DNA from: an uncultured delta proteobacterium
GTDB lineage: Bacteria > Myxococcota_A > UBA9160 > SZUA-336
Length of the DNA stretch: 64,000 bases
Direction of reading: 5' to 3'
Assembly: GCA_963704165.1 (NCBI GenBank)
Contig: CAVPHD010000001.1
Coordinates: 96,001-160,000, forward strand
Shown one piece after another: positions 47,609 to 57,337 of this stretch (positions within the stretch are counted from its first letter, which is position 1; each line of letters starts with the position of its first letter). The translations under genes were made by a program, and so were the position numbers. The notes below the pieces were generated by a model that worked only from the letters and a program-made list of their open reading frames with translations, searched no databases and had not been told where the DNA came from.

Positions 47609-48184
47609 ATGACCATGCCGATCGAAGACATCTCCGTCGAGAACGCGCATCGACGCCGCGAGGAGTTTCACGCGATCGACGTCCGCGCCGAGCACGAGTA
47701 CCGCGGACCGCTCGGTCACCTAGGCCGCTCGCTGCTCGTGCCGCTCCCCGATCTCGAGGCGCGGGCGGAAGAGCTCCCGAAGGGCCGGCCGCTTCTGCTG
47801 ATCTGCCGCTCGGGTGTCCGCTCCGCCAAGGCGTGCGAGAAGCTCGCCGCGCTCGGAATCCCGAACGTCGTGAATCTCGAGGGCGGAATGATCGCGTGGA
47901 ATCGCGCGCAGCTGCCCGTCGAACGGGTCGAGCCACCGTCGCTCGCTGCGCTTCTCGATCTGGTCGTTCGCTGGGTCGCGCAGGTCAGCGCACAGAGCCC
48001 CGACCTGGTGCGAGAGCAGTTCGGTGCTCGTCTGGCGCAGCTCGGCTCGTCGCTCGAATCGCCGAAGCAGGCCGCGCTCGCCCAACTGCTCGACTTCGTC
48101 GAGGAGTCACTCTCGCGCAAGGACGCGCCTCCGGACCTCGATCTCTCGCTCGCTTCGTTCCGACGTTCTCTCTCGGTTCTCTGA
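47609..48184 (+). CDS. Rhodanese-domain protein with C-terminal helical extension
   Basis: IDVR, ICRSGVRS and NLEGGMIAW motifs. Confidence 0.88.
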   Translation: MTMPIEDISVENAHRRREEFHAIDVRAEHEYRGPLGHLGRSLLVPLPDLEARAEELPKGRPLLLICRSGVRSAKACEKLAALGIPNVVNLEGGMIAWNRAQLPVERVEPPSLAALLDLVVRWVAQVSAQSPDLVREQFGARLAQLGSSLESPKQAALAQLLDFVEESLSRKDAPPDLDLSLASFRRSLSVL

Positions 48185-48193
48185 GCGAGCCCG

Positions 48194-49096
48194 ATGGCCG
48201 CGCTCGGCTTCGCGCTCAGCGTATTGATCGGCGTCTCGCTCGGGTTCTTCGGCGGCGGGGGCTCGATTCTCTCCGTGCCGCTGCTCGTCTACGTCTTCGG
48301 GCTCGATCCGAAGCAGGCGATCGCGAGTTCGCTCTTGATCGTGGCTGCCGCGAGTGTCTCGGGAGCGATCCAGCACTGGCGGGCGGGGAATGTCGAGCTG
48401 CGCACGAGTCTGTTCTTCGGCGTGGCGGGCATGACTGGCGCGCACATCGGCGGTCGCGCGGGAGCGTTCCTCGACGGAACACTTCTGCTCCTGCTCTTCG
48501 CGGCGATGATGGTCATCACCGCGCTGGGCATGTGGCGCGGCCGGCGCGTGCCGAAAGGCGCCGAGCCGGGCAAGCGCTCGCTCGGTCCGCTGATCGCGCA
48601 GGGCTTCGGAGTCGGGCTCTTCACCGGGCTCGTGGGTGCAGGTGGGGGCTTCCTGATCGTACCCGCGCTCGCGCTCTGGGCGGGGCTCCCCATGCCGGCC
48701 GCGGTGGGAACCTCGCTCGTGATCATCGTGGGGAACACGCTCGCCGGTTTCTCCGGCTACTCGGGCCACGTGGACGTCAGCTACGGCCTGATCGCGGCCG
48801 TCGCCGCCTGCGCGATCGCGGGCTCCTTCGCCGGAACGAGCCTGGCGCACCGCATCAACCCGGCATCTCTTCGGCGCGCGTTCGCGGGCTTCGTCCTCGT
48901 CATGGCGACCCTCATTCTCGTGCGCGAGGTCGACGTCTGGCTCGCGACGGTGCGCACCGCCCTGCCCGACTCGGCGCCGCAGATCGTCTTCGCGCTGATC
49001 GTGCTCGCGATCGGAATCGCGGCGGGTCGCGTATCGCGCCGGGCTGCAACGGACCCGCTGCCCGAGAGCGCGTTCGACCAGGGCGCGGGGATCTGA
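48194..49096 (+). CDS. Sulfite exporter TauE/SafE family protein
   Basis: GFFGGGGSIL..P, GLVGAGGGFLIVP and AVGTSL motifs. Confidence 0.92.
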   Translation: MAALGFALSVLIGVSLGFFGGGGSILSVPLLVYVFGLDPKQAIASSLLIVAAASVSGAIQHWRAGNVELRTSLFFGVAGMTGAHIGGRAGAFLDGTLLLLLFAAMMVITALGMWRGRRVPKGAEPGKRSLGPLIAQGFGVGLFTGLVGAGGGFLIVPALALWAGLPMPAAVGTSLVIIVGNTLAGFSGYSGHVDVSYGLIAAVAACAIAGSFAGTSLAHRINPASLRRAFAGFVLVMATLILVREVDVWLATVRTALPDSAPQIVFALIVLAIGIAAGRVSRRAATDPLPESAFDQGAGI

Positions 49097-49105
49097 GGCC
49101 GGCGC

Positions 49106-51212
49106 CTAGACCGCGAGCCCGTACAGGCGCAGCAGCGCGTCGGTGCGCGGCTCGCGGCCGCGAAAGCCGACGAAGACCTCCATCGCGGGACGGCTGCCTC
49201 CGAGCGCGAGGACGGTTTCGCGATAACGCCGTCCGGTGTCGCAGAGGCGAGCGGCGTCCTCGAGACCCGCTTCCTCGAACGCGGCGAACGCGTCGGCCGA
49301 GAGCACCTCCGCCCACTTGTACGAGTAGTACCCCGCGGCATAGCCGCCGCGCGAAGATGTGAGAGAACGCGCACAGGAATCGGTCCTCGGCGAGCGGCGG
49401 CAGCACCGCGGTCGTCGCGGCGATTCGCTGCTCGAGGTCGAAGATCGTCTCGCTGCCCGGCGGGATCGAAGCGGTGGTGGAGCTCCAGGTCCATGACCCC
49501 GAAGAAGAGCTGCCGCAGCATCGCGGATCCCGCGCGGATACGTGCGCGCGGCGCGAAGCTTCTCGAAGAGCGCGTCGGGCAGCGGCTCCCCGGTCTCGTA
49601 GTGGCGCGCGAAGCCGAGCAGCGTCTCGCGGTGGTAGCACCAGTTCTCCATGAACTGACTCGGCAGCTCGACCGCGTCCCACTCGATGTTGCGGATTCCC
49701 GAAGCCAGGCCGTGATCGACCCGCGTCAGCATGTGCTGCAGACCGTGACCGAACTCGTGAAACAGCGTCTCGACCTCGTCGAAGCTCATCAGCGACGGCT
49801 TGTCGCCGACGGGCGGCGTCTGGTTGCAGACGAGATGGGCGACCGGCAGACGCGGGCGGCCGTCTGCGTCCCGGCAAGAGCCCGCTGCGACCAACGCACT
49901 CGTCCATCCAGGCGCCGCCGCGCTTCTCCGCCGGGCCGCGAGTACGGGTCGAGGTAGAACGCGGCGATCGGCTCGCCCGCGTCGTCGCAGACGCGGAAGA
50001 AGCGCACGTCCGGGTGCCAGACCGGTGCCTCGCCGTCGGCCGCGCGGATGCGCACGTCGAAGAGCCGCTCGGCGAGCTCGAACAGCCCGTCGAGCACGCG
50101 CGGCAGCGGGAAGTACGGGCGCAGCGTCCTCGTCGCTGTAGGCGTAGCGCTCCTCGCGCAGCCGCTCGGCCCAGATAGGCCACGTCCCAGTGGAGCGAGC
50201 CGGCTCGACCTGACCGCTGCTCGCGCGCGAATGCGCCGCAGCTCGTCGAGCTCGCGCTGCGCCGCGGTGTAGGAGGCTCGGCGCAGCTCCTCTAGGAGCT
50301 TCTCGACCGCCTCGACGTCCGGGCGCCATCTTGCGTCGCGAGGCAGAGCTCGGCGAAGCTCGCGAAGCCGAGCAGCCGCGCCTCCTCGGCGCGCAGTGCG
50401 AGGATCCGCTGATCAGCACGGCGTTGTCGGTCTCGCCCGAGCTCGCGCGCGTGACGTAGGCGCGGTAGAGCCGCTCGCGCAGGTCGCGACGCGCCAGGTG
50501 CTGCAACGCGGGACGAAGCGAGGGTGGGTCGAGCGTGAGACGCCACGGGCCGTGCTCGGCCGTCGCGTCGGCCTCGCCCGACGCACGCGCGGACTGTGCG
50601 GCCAGCGCGAGCGCGCTCGGCGGCAGACCCTCGACTTCTTCTCGCTCGCGCAGGACGAGCGAGTACGCCTTCGTCGCGTCGAGCACGTGGTTCGAGAACG
50701 TCGTCTGGAGCTCGGCGAGCTCGGTCTGGATCGCGTTGAAGCGCTCCTTGGCCGCCCCTTCGAGCCCTACACCGGAGAGCACCGCGTCGCGGACCAGGAT
50801 GTCGACGATGCGCCGCTGCGCCGGGTCGAGCCCCGAGGTCTCGACGCCCTTCTTCTGCAGCGCGACGAACGCTTCGTAGAGCGGGCGGCTCTGCGCCGCG
50901 CGGATGATGAGGCGCACCACGTCGGGCTGCACCGCCTGGTGCGCCGCGCGCAGTGCCGGATCGTCCTTCACGCCGACCAGATGCCCGACGATGCCCCAAC
51001 GCGTGCGGAGCCGATCCGAAAGCTGCTCGAGCGGCTCGACCGACACCGGTCCAGCTCGGCTCGACGGAGCGCTCGAGCTCGGAGAGCTCACGCTCGAGCT
51101 CGGCGAGCAGCGCTCGCATGCCGGGCTCGACGTGCTCGGCACGGATCTCGTCGAACCGCGGGAGCCCGCGCTCATCGAGCAGCGGATTGTCGTTCTGCGG
51201 CGCTTCGCTCAT
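49106..51212 (-). pseudogene. prlC: Oligopeptidase A (M3 family) with many frameshifts (pseudogene or sequencing error)
   Basis: NPLL..LPRF start, KRGGAWMD, LFHEFGHGLQH, ELPSQFMENW and GGYAAGYYSYKWAEVL are spread over all three minus frames. Multiple indels between about 49350 and 51045. Confidence 0.85.
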
Positions 51213-52702
51213 CAGAAGCGAATGATGTACGAGACTTCCGTTCCCGGGTCGAGCGGCCGTGCGACGAGCTCGATCCAGCTGTGATCGCTCGCGAGCCGGA
51301 GCAGCGCGCGACGCGCGAAGAGCCGGCGGGTCTCGATACGCGGCGCGACCGCGCCGCCGGGGATGTAGACGCGCGCCGTCACGCCGCGCGCGGTGACCGC
51401 TCCCCGGTTCTCGAACACGACGCGCACGCGGTCGCTCGCGAGCGGCTCGATCCGAGCCCCGACCTGATCGCGCGCGAGCCACCAGTCGGCGAGCTCGTCC
51501 GGACGCGCGAACCACGCGCCGCGCAGGGCGAGCTCCTGTCCGAGGCTCTCCAACAGTGCCTCGCGTCCCTTCGCTTCGGGCCGGTGGATCCTGGCGCGCA
51601 GCGAGAATACCGACCCCATCCGCTCGGCCCGCTCGTAGCCGGAGAGTAGCTCGCGAAGCAGGGCGGAGCCCTCGGCGTCGCCATGCGGCCTGGGTTCGGG
51701 TATCGAGACGAAGGGCGCGCCCGCGTGGGCCAGGATGTCCGGGAGTGCCCGCGCACCCGCCGCGGTCGTGGCGAAGCGGCAGCCGCCGGAGATCAGCTCC
51801 TCGAGTCCCCCCGTGGGGATCTCGTTCGTGTCGACCCGACACGGATCGGTGGGAAGATCCGTCCCGGTGCTCGCACCGACGAGCACCGCGCAGGGCCGCC
51901 CGTCCGGCCAGGGACGCAGGTCGAGGGAGGGCGCGCGTGAAGCGAAACGAAGCGCGTTTCCGGCGACCCGCTGCGCCACGTCCCCATCGGTCAGCTGCCC
52001 GATCGAGAAGCCCAGCCAGGCGATCCGGGCGCTCCGATGCCGGCCAAAGAGCGCGCCCGACCCGGATCTCGTCCCGCGAAACTCGAGCGCACCAGGAGAG
52101 GCGGCGGCGAGCACTCGAGCCGGCTCGGCGAGCACGAGCTCTGCCCCGGGGACGAGGCCAGCAACGAGCGGGCTTCGGCCGACGACCTGGAGCTGCCTCG
52201 ATGCGGCTTCGGGCCTGGCGAAGCGCTCCCCGGGAAACAGCCGCTCGAGCACGCTTCGCGTCGGTCGGGTCCCGGTCTCGGAATACCGGCCCACGGCGCC
52301 GGTCAGGATCAGGCCGCCGTTCCCCGCGAGATAGGCGTCGAGTGCGACCCAGTCCGCGTCGGAGAGGCGCTCCTGTCCCGGAAGGATCCAGACCGCGAAG
52401 CGGCCCGGATCGAGCTCCGCGAGGCTCGTGCCGTCGAAGAGCTCGACGGATCGATCGAGCGATGCACCGGCCTCGCGCCAGGCTTCGATCTCGGCCTGGC
52501 GTCGATCCCCGCGCGCTTCGCGGTTTCCGGCGAGATCGACGACGACCACCGGCCGCCGCGGTTGCAGTGCGAGCCGGGCACGCGCGTGGCGAGCGGACTG
52601 ATTGTCGACGACGCCCAGGGAAACGAGCGCGAACAGCAGGATCGCGCCGGCCCAGACGAACGCAGCTGGTGAAGTCCGAACCCGGTAGTCGCCAAATGGC
52701 AT
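51212..52702 (-). CDS. Membrane-anchored protein with GATase-like and degenerate polysaccharide-deacetylase-like regions
   Basis: N-terminal TM helix, LDAYLAGNGGLILTG, PWPDGRPCAV and AWFARPDELADWW. Confidence 0.6.
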   Translation of the reverse strand: MPFGDYRVRTSPAAFVWAGAILLFALVSLGVVDNQSARHARARLALQPRRPVVVVDLAGNREARGDRRQAEIEAWREAGASLDRSVELFDGTSLAELDPGRFAVWILPGQERLSDADWVALDAYLAGNGGLILTGAVGRYSETGTRPTRSVLERLFPGERFARPEAASRQLQVVGRSPLVAGLVPGAELVLAEPARVLAAASPGALEFRGTRSGSGALFGRHRSARIAWLGFSIGQLTDGDVAQRVAGNALRFASRAPSLDLRPWPDGRPCAVLVGASTGTDLPTDPCRVDTNEIPTGGLEELISGGCRFATTAAGARALPDILAHAGAPFVSIPEPRPHGDAEGSALLRELLSGYERAERMGSVFSLRARIHRPEAKGREALLESLGQELALRGAWFARPDELADWWLARDQVGARIEPLASDRVRVVFENRGAVTARGVTARVYIPGGAVAPRIETRRLFARRALLRLASDHSWIELVARPLDPGTEVSYIIRF

Positions 52703-52744
52703 CGCCCGCTCCGCGCCCCGAGCGACTCTTCGGCGAAGCCGCGC

Positions 52745-53662
52745 TCAGCGCTTGAGGGAGCGGAAGCTCTCCTTCAATCCAAAGAGCGGGCGGAAGCCGG
52801 TTTCGCGAACGAAGCGCTCACCGGCGATCGTGCACGGGTACTTGATGTAGTCGATCGCGCCGGGCGGGATGCGCACGAGGCCGAGCGGGAAGAGCCGTCG
52901 GATCAGCTGTCGCGCCAGAGGCTCGGGCAGAGGGAGCGCCCGACCCCCGGTCTCGTGGATCGCCACGCGCAGGGGGACCTCTCCCGGACCCGTCACGTTG
53001 TAGGCACCGCGCAGTCCGCGCTCGAGCGCGAGCGCGGTCGCCTCGACCTGATCCTCCTCGTGCATGAACTGGAGCATCGGGTTGAATCCCATCATCACGA
53101 CCACGCGGCCCTGGCGGAGGTAGTTCACGATCGAGTTGTCGCTGTAGTAGCCGAGCGTCGGCACCGGGCGCAGGATCGAGGTGCGGATGTCCGGGTACTG
53201 CCACATGAACGAGGTCGTGAGCGCGTCCACCTCGACCAGATCGCGGATCTCGGGGTAGTTCCGCCCGGCGAGCAGGGGGTGCTCCTCGGACATGAAGCTC
53301 GGGTTCTCGGGAAGCGCCCCGTAGACGTAGCTCGTGGACAACACGACCAGCTTCTTCACCCCGTAGGTCCGGCAGTGATCGAGGAGCTTGCGCGTGCCTC
53401 GCACGTTGACGTCGAAGCGCGCGGTCTCGGACCCGCGGAAATGACGCACGAAGCCAAGGTGTACGACCGAGTCGGGCTGCTCCTTGCGCATCACGTCCTC
53501 GAAGGCGCGCGTGCGAACGTCGAGCTTGTAGAAGGGGGCTCCGGCCGGGCGGCGCTCCCAGTCCTCGCTGTCGACGCCGATCACGCGTTGGTCCCTGGAG
53601 AGCCGCCGGGCGAGCAGACGACCCTGCCCGCGCGCAACTCCGACGATCAGCACCTTCTCCAC
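52745..53662 (-). CDS. NAD-dependent epimerase/dehydratase family protein
   Basis: N-terminal Rossmann-like segment, VVHLG, NVRGT, STSYVYGA and QFMHEED. Confidence 0.85.
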   Translation of the reverse strand: MEKVLIVGVARGQGRLLARRLSRDQRVIGVDSEDWERRPAGAPFYKLDVRTRAFEDVMRKEQPDSVVHLGFVRHFRGSETARFDVNVRGTRKLLDHCRTYGVKKLVVLSTSYVYGALPENPSFMSEEHPLLAGRNYPEIRDLVEVDALTTSFMWQYPDIRTSILRPVPTLGYYSDNSIVNYLRQGRVVVMMGFNPMLQFMHEEDQVEATALALERGLRGAYNVTGPGEVPLRVAIHETGGRALPLPEPLARQLIRRLFPLGLVRIPPGAIDYIKYPCTIAGERFVRETGFRPLFGLKESFRSLKR

Positions 53663-53713
53663 GTCGATGTCCTTCGCAGCGCGGTCGGCCGTGTATGGTA
53701 TAAGAAGGCGCGA

Positions 53714-54418
53714 ATGGACACGAACTCGAAGTTCGAGGCCATCCGCATCCCCGCGATGCCGGATGCCACAGTGAGCGGCGTCGTGGCGACCCCGAAATGG
53801 TGGCCCAGTGGCCAGCGAATCGGCCTGGTGATCGGGCACGATGTCGTCGGCGGCATGGACGAGCCGAATCTCGTCGCGCTGCAGCAGGCGCTGGCCGAGG
53901 CCGGGCATCTCGTGCTGCGTTTCAATTTCCCCTTCGCGGAGCAGAAGAAGAAGCGCCCGGATGCACCTGCGATCCTCGACCGCACCTTCAAATCCGCGGT
54001 CGCCGCCGTTCTCGCCGATCCCGAGAACGCTCCGGTGCGGATCCTGGTAGGTGGAATCGGGCTCGGTGCGCGCGTCGCGACACGCGCGACCGCACAGGGG
54101 CTGAAGGTCGATGGCGCGTTTTCGCTCGGCTTTCCCCTGCACCCGTCGGGCAAACCGGGGCTGCAGGACGTCGACTACATGTACCGGATCATCTGCCCCA
54201 TGCTTTTCGTGCAGGGTGCCCGCGATTCGCACTGCAGAATCGACCGGCTCGAGGAGCTGCTTCGCCGGCTCGGCGCGCCGACCCGGCTGCACGTGGTCGC
54301 GGATTGCGGATCCGGGATCGAGCCGATCAAGCGCAACGGGCGCACGCCGGAGGACGTCCGAACGGAGGTGCTCGCGCAGATCGATCTCTTCGTGCAAGAG
54401 GTCATCCGGCGCGGCTGA
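53714..54418 (+). CDS. Alpha/beta hydrolase-fold protein (KANL3/Tex30-like), catalytic residues apparently lost
   Basis: LRFNFPF, RPD, LGFPLHPSGK and LFVQGARD motifs; the nucleophile elbow reads GGIGLG. Confidence 0.8.
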   Translation: MDTNSKFEAIRIPAMPDATVSGVVATPKWWPSGQRIGLVIGHDVVGGMDEPNLVALQQALAEAGHLVLRFNFPFAEQKKKRPDAPAILDRTFKSAVAAVLADPENAPVRILVGGIGLGARVATRATAQGLKVDGAFSLGFPLHPSGKPGLQDVDYMYRIICPMLFVQGARDSHCRIDRLEELLRRLGAPTRLHVVADCGSGIEPIKRNGRTPEDVRTEVLAQIDLFVQEVIRRG

Positions 54419-54432
54419 GCTAGCCTTGGCGC

Positions 54433-54975
54433 GTGGCTGATTCCGACGAGCCCGCGCGCGACCCCGCACTTTCCGTCCTGTTTCACGCCGAGCGCCGATT
54501 GGCCGCACGACTCCAGGGCGTGATCCGCTTCGATCCGCAGATCTACCGCGAGATCCAAGGCGATGCCCATGCGATCCCCCAGGCGATCGCGTGCGTCATC
54601 GCCACGTCGGTGCTCGCCGGGCTCGGACGAAGCTCGCTGCCGGTGATCTTCCTCTTCACCGCGCTCGCGATGATGCAGTGGCTGATCGTCACCGCGCTGA
54701 TCTGGACCGTCGGCCGGTTCGCAGTCGAGGGTGGCGCCGATTATGCGCGGCTGCTGCGCTGCACCGGCTTCGCCTACGTCTGGTTCGCGCTGCTCGTCGG
54801 CTACAGCCTGCCGTTGATCGGGCCGCTCTTCGCCTGGGCGGGCGTTCTGCTCTCGCTCGCCTCCCTCGTGATCGCGACGCGAGAGGTGCTCGAGACGGAT
54901 GGCCCGCGGGCGTTCGCAATCTGCGTCGTCGCGCTCGGTCTGCCGGTGACGGCGCTCTTCTGGCTCGCGAGCTGA
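54433..54975 (+). CDS. YIP1-like membrane protein
   Basis: About five TM helices; YREI..D, LLRCTGFA and IATREVL. Confidence 0.7.
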   Translation: MADSDEPARDPALSVLFHAERRLAARLQGVIRFDPQIYREIQGDAHAIPQAIACVIATSVLAGLGRSSLPVIFLFTALAMMQWLIVTALIWTVGRFAVEGGADYARLLRCTGFAYVWFALLVGYSLPLIGPLFAWAGVLLSLASLVIATREVLETDGPRAFAICVVALGLPVTALFWLAS

Positions 54976-54976
54976 C

Positions 54977-56494
54977 TCAGGACAGAGCGAACACGTTCGG
55001 AGCGGTCGCGCTTCCTGCCGTCACGCGCCCGCGCGCCCCGACGCCCTCGACCTCGAGCAAGAGCCGGAGCAGCGCCTCGCTCTTCTCTCCGATGGCGACG
55101 CTGCGCCTGCCATCCGGCAGACGAAGATAGATCATGCTCTGCTCGGGTCGTCCTTCGCGATCGAACTTGACGGTGTAGCTCTCGATCTCGGCCGGACCCT
55201 GGGGTGCATCGACGAGCTCCGGTCCCTCGAGCCGATCCTTGGGCAGCGCGACCTTCGACGAGCGGCGATCGGCCGCTTCGATTCGCGCCCGGTCCGTCGA
55301 GAGCACGGCGATCGCGTGCTTGGTCGCGCTCATGCCGAGTCCCGAGACCCAGCCGACCTTCCCCACGCCCTCGCGCAAGCGGAGGAAGAGATTGGCCAGC
55401 CCGTGCATCGCGTAGTTGTTGCCCGGCCCACCGTGATGAGCGAGCCCGCCGGTCTGGGTCAGGGATCGCGGCTCGCTGGTTTCGAGTCCGAGCGCGTCGA
55501 GTGCGAACTCGATCGCGCACGGGAAACAGCTGTACAGATCGAAGAGATCGACGTCGGAAACGCCAAGCGAAGCATGCTCCTGCGCCGCGCTCGCTGCGGC
55601 CGCGTAGGCGGGGCTCGACGCGAGATCGACGCGTTCGGCGGCGCTCCAACCGTCCTGCGCCGACGCGCCGCCGAGGAAGTGGACGCGGCCCTCGGGCGGA
55701 ATTCCGAGCCGGTCGGCCGCGGACTCGGACATCACGATCGCAGCCGCGCCCTGATCGACCTCCATGATGGCGTTCATGAGCTTCGGGTACGGAAATCCGA
55801 TCCAGCGATTGCGCTCGTCGACGCGCGCGATCTCTTCGGCCGTGCGCGGCTCGGGAAACCACGAGAACGGATTCCGCGCGGCGACCTTCGAGTAGCGGAC
55901 CATGAGCTCCGCCACGTGACGCTGATGGGCCTCGATCGTACGGCCGGCGCGCGCGCGCAGGGCGTTCTCGTAGACGGGGTACATGTCGACCGGGCCGCGC
56001 ACGCCGTGACGCTGCTCGAGCGCATTGGCGAACGGCTTCATCGTCAGCATGAAGTTCGGCATGCGGTTGCCGCCCGGCGTCCAGCCCGAGAGCTCGATGC
56101 CTTCCTTGCGCGCCCGGCTGCGGCTGTACACGGCCTCGGCACCGACGAGGAGCGCGATCTCGATCTCGCCGGCCGCGATTTGATTCGCGACCTGATTCAG
56201 GAGCAGGATCGGACCCTCGCCCCCGCCGGGGAGCTCTTCCGACGCGCGCGGCTTGGTGCCAGCGAGTTCGGCCACGCGGGCCGGCAGATCGTCGTAGGCC
56301 CAGGCCATCGGCGGTATCGCGCCGACGAAGTCCGCCTCGCGCACGAGCTCGGGTCGGCCCGCATCGGCCGCCGCGCGCTCGATCGCGATCGCCATGAGTC
56401 GCGCCGGCTCGAGTGGATTCCAGTCCGCGCAGTCGAGCCCCGGGCGGTTGCGCACCTGCCCGACGCCGACGACGACGGCTCGCTCGTTTGACAT
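54977..56494 (-). CDS. Thiolase-like protein (acetyl-CoA acetyltransferase family)
   Basis: VGVGQ, FPYPKLMNA, VDQGAA, DLYSCFP and TGGLAHHGGPGNNY motifs. Confidence 0.88.
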   Translation of the reverse strand: MSNERAVVVGVGQVRNRPGLDCADWNPLEPARLMAIAIERAAADAGRPELVREADFVGAIPPMAWAYDDLPARVAELAGTKPRASEELPGGGEGPILLLNQVANQIAAGEIEIALLVGAEAVYSRSRARKEGIELSGWTPGGNRMPNFMLTMKPFANALEQRHGVRGPVDMYPVYENALRARAGRTIEAHQRHVAELMVRYSKVAARNPFSWFPEPRTAEEIARVDERNRWIGFPYPKLMNAIMEVDQGAAAIVMSESAADRLGIPPEGRVHFLGGASAQDGWSAAERVDLASSPAYAAAASAAQEHASLGVSDVDLFDLYSCFPCAIEFALDALGLETSEPRSLTQTGGLAHHGGPGNNYAMHGLANLFLRLREGVGKVGWVSGLGMSATKHAIAVLSTDRARIEAADRRSSKVALPKDRLEGPELVDAPQGPAEIESYTVKFDREGRPEQSMIYLRLPDGRRSVAIGEKSEALLRLLLEVEGVGARGRVTAGSATAPNVFALS

Positions 56495-56524
56495 GCCCCG
56501 CCCTCCGGCGGCAGCTTACTAAAG

Positions 56525-57205
56525 ATGAACGACGAGATGTACCTCGAGCAGATCGCGTGCGGACCGATGCAGAACTTCGTGTACGCGATCGGCTCGCGCA
56601 CGACGCGCGAAGTGGTGCTCGTCGATCCGGCGTGGGCGATCGAGCCGCTCGTCGCGCACGTTCGCGAGCAAGGCTTCGAGCCCATCGCCGCACTCGTCAC
56701 GCACTACCACCCCGACCACGTCGGCGGATCGTTCTCGGGTCAACGCATCGAGGGCTTGCGGGAGCTGCTCGAACGGAAGGGCATGAAGATCTATGCGAAT
56801 CGGCTCGAGGCTGCGGGGCTGGTCAAGGTGACCGGCATCTCCGACTCGGACATCGTGAAGGTCGATAGCGGCGACACGCTGAAGGTCGGGAACGTCGAGA
56901 TCGACTTCCTGCACACGCCCGGCCATACCCCGGGCTCGCAGTGCTTCCTGGTGCGCGACGCCCTGGTCTCGGGCGACACGCTCTTCATCCAGGGCTGCGG
57001 CCGCGTCGATCTGCCCGGCTCCGACCCCGACGAGATGTACGCGAGCCTCCACAAGCTCGCCTCGCTGCCGGACGACATGGTTCTCTACCCGGGGCACGAC
57101 TACGGCGGCGGCGCGCACCGCACCATGGCGGAGACGAAGCGCATGAACGCGTACCTCCGCATCCCGAACCTCGAGACCTGGCGCGAGGTCATGGGCTCGG
57201 GCTAG
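56525..57205 (+). CDS. MBL-fold metallo-hydrolase (glyoxalase II-like)
   Basis: THYHPDH, TPGHTPG, SGDTLF..GCGR and YPGH motifs. Confidence 0.92.
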   Translation: MNDEMYLEQIACGPMQNFVYAIGSRTTREVVLVDPAWAIEPLVAHVREQGFEPIAALVTHYHPDHVGGSFSGQRIEGLRELLERKGMKIYANRLEAAGLVKVTGISDSDIVKVDSGDTLKVGNVEIDFLHTPGHTPGSQCFLVRDALVSGDTLFIQGCGRVDLPGSDPDEMYASLHKLASLPDDMVLYPGHDYGGGAHRTMAETKRMNAYLRIPNLETWREVMGSG

Positions 57206-57337
57206 GCGTCCGGCTCGGGACTCCGGTCCCTGAAACAAGACGCTGCACCCGGTTGAAACGCGCCGACCCGTAACGTAGAGTGCGCGCCGAATCCCCCGCG
57301 CGCGCAAACGCACGCCATTGCACGGAGATCCGCCTTC

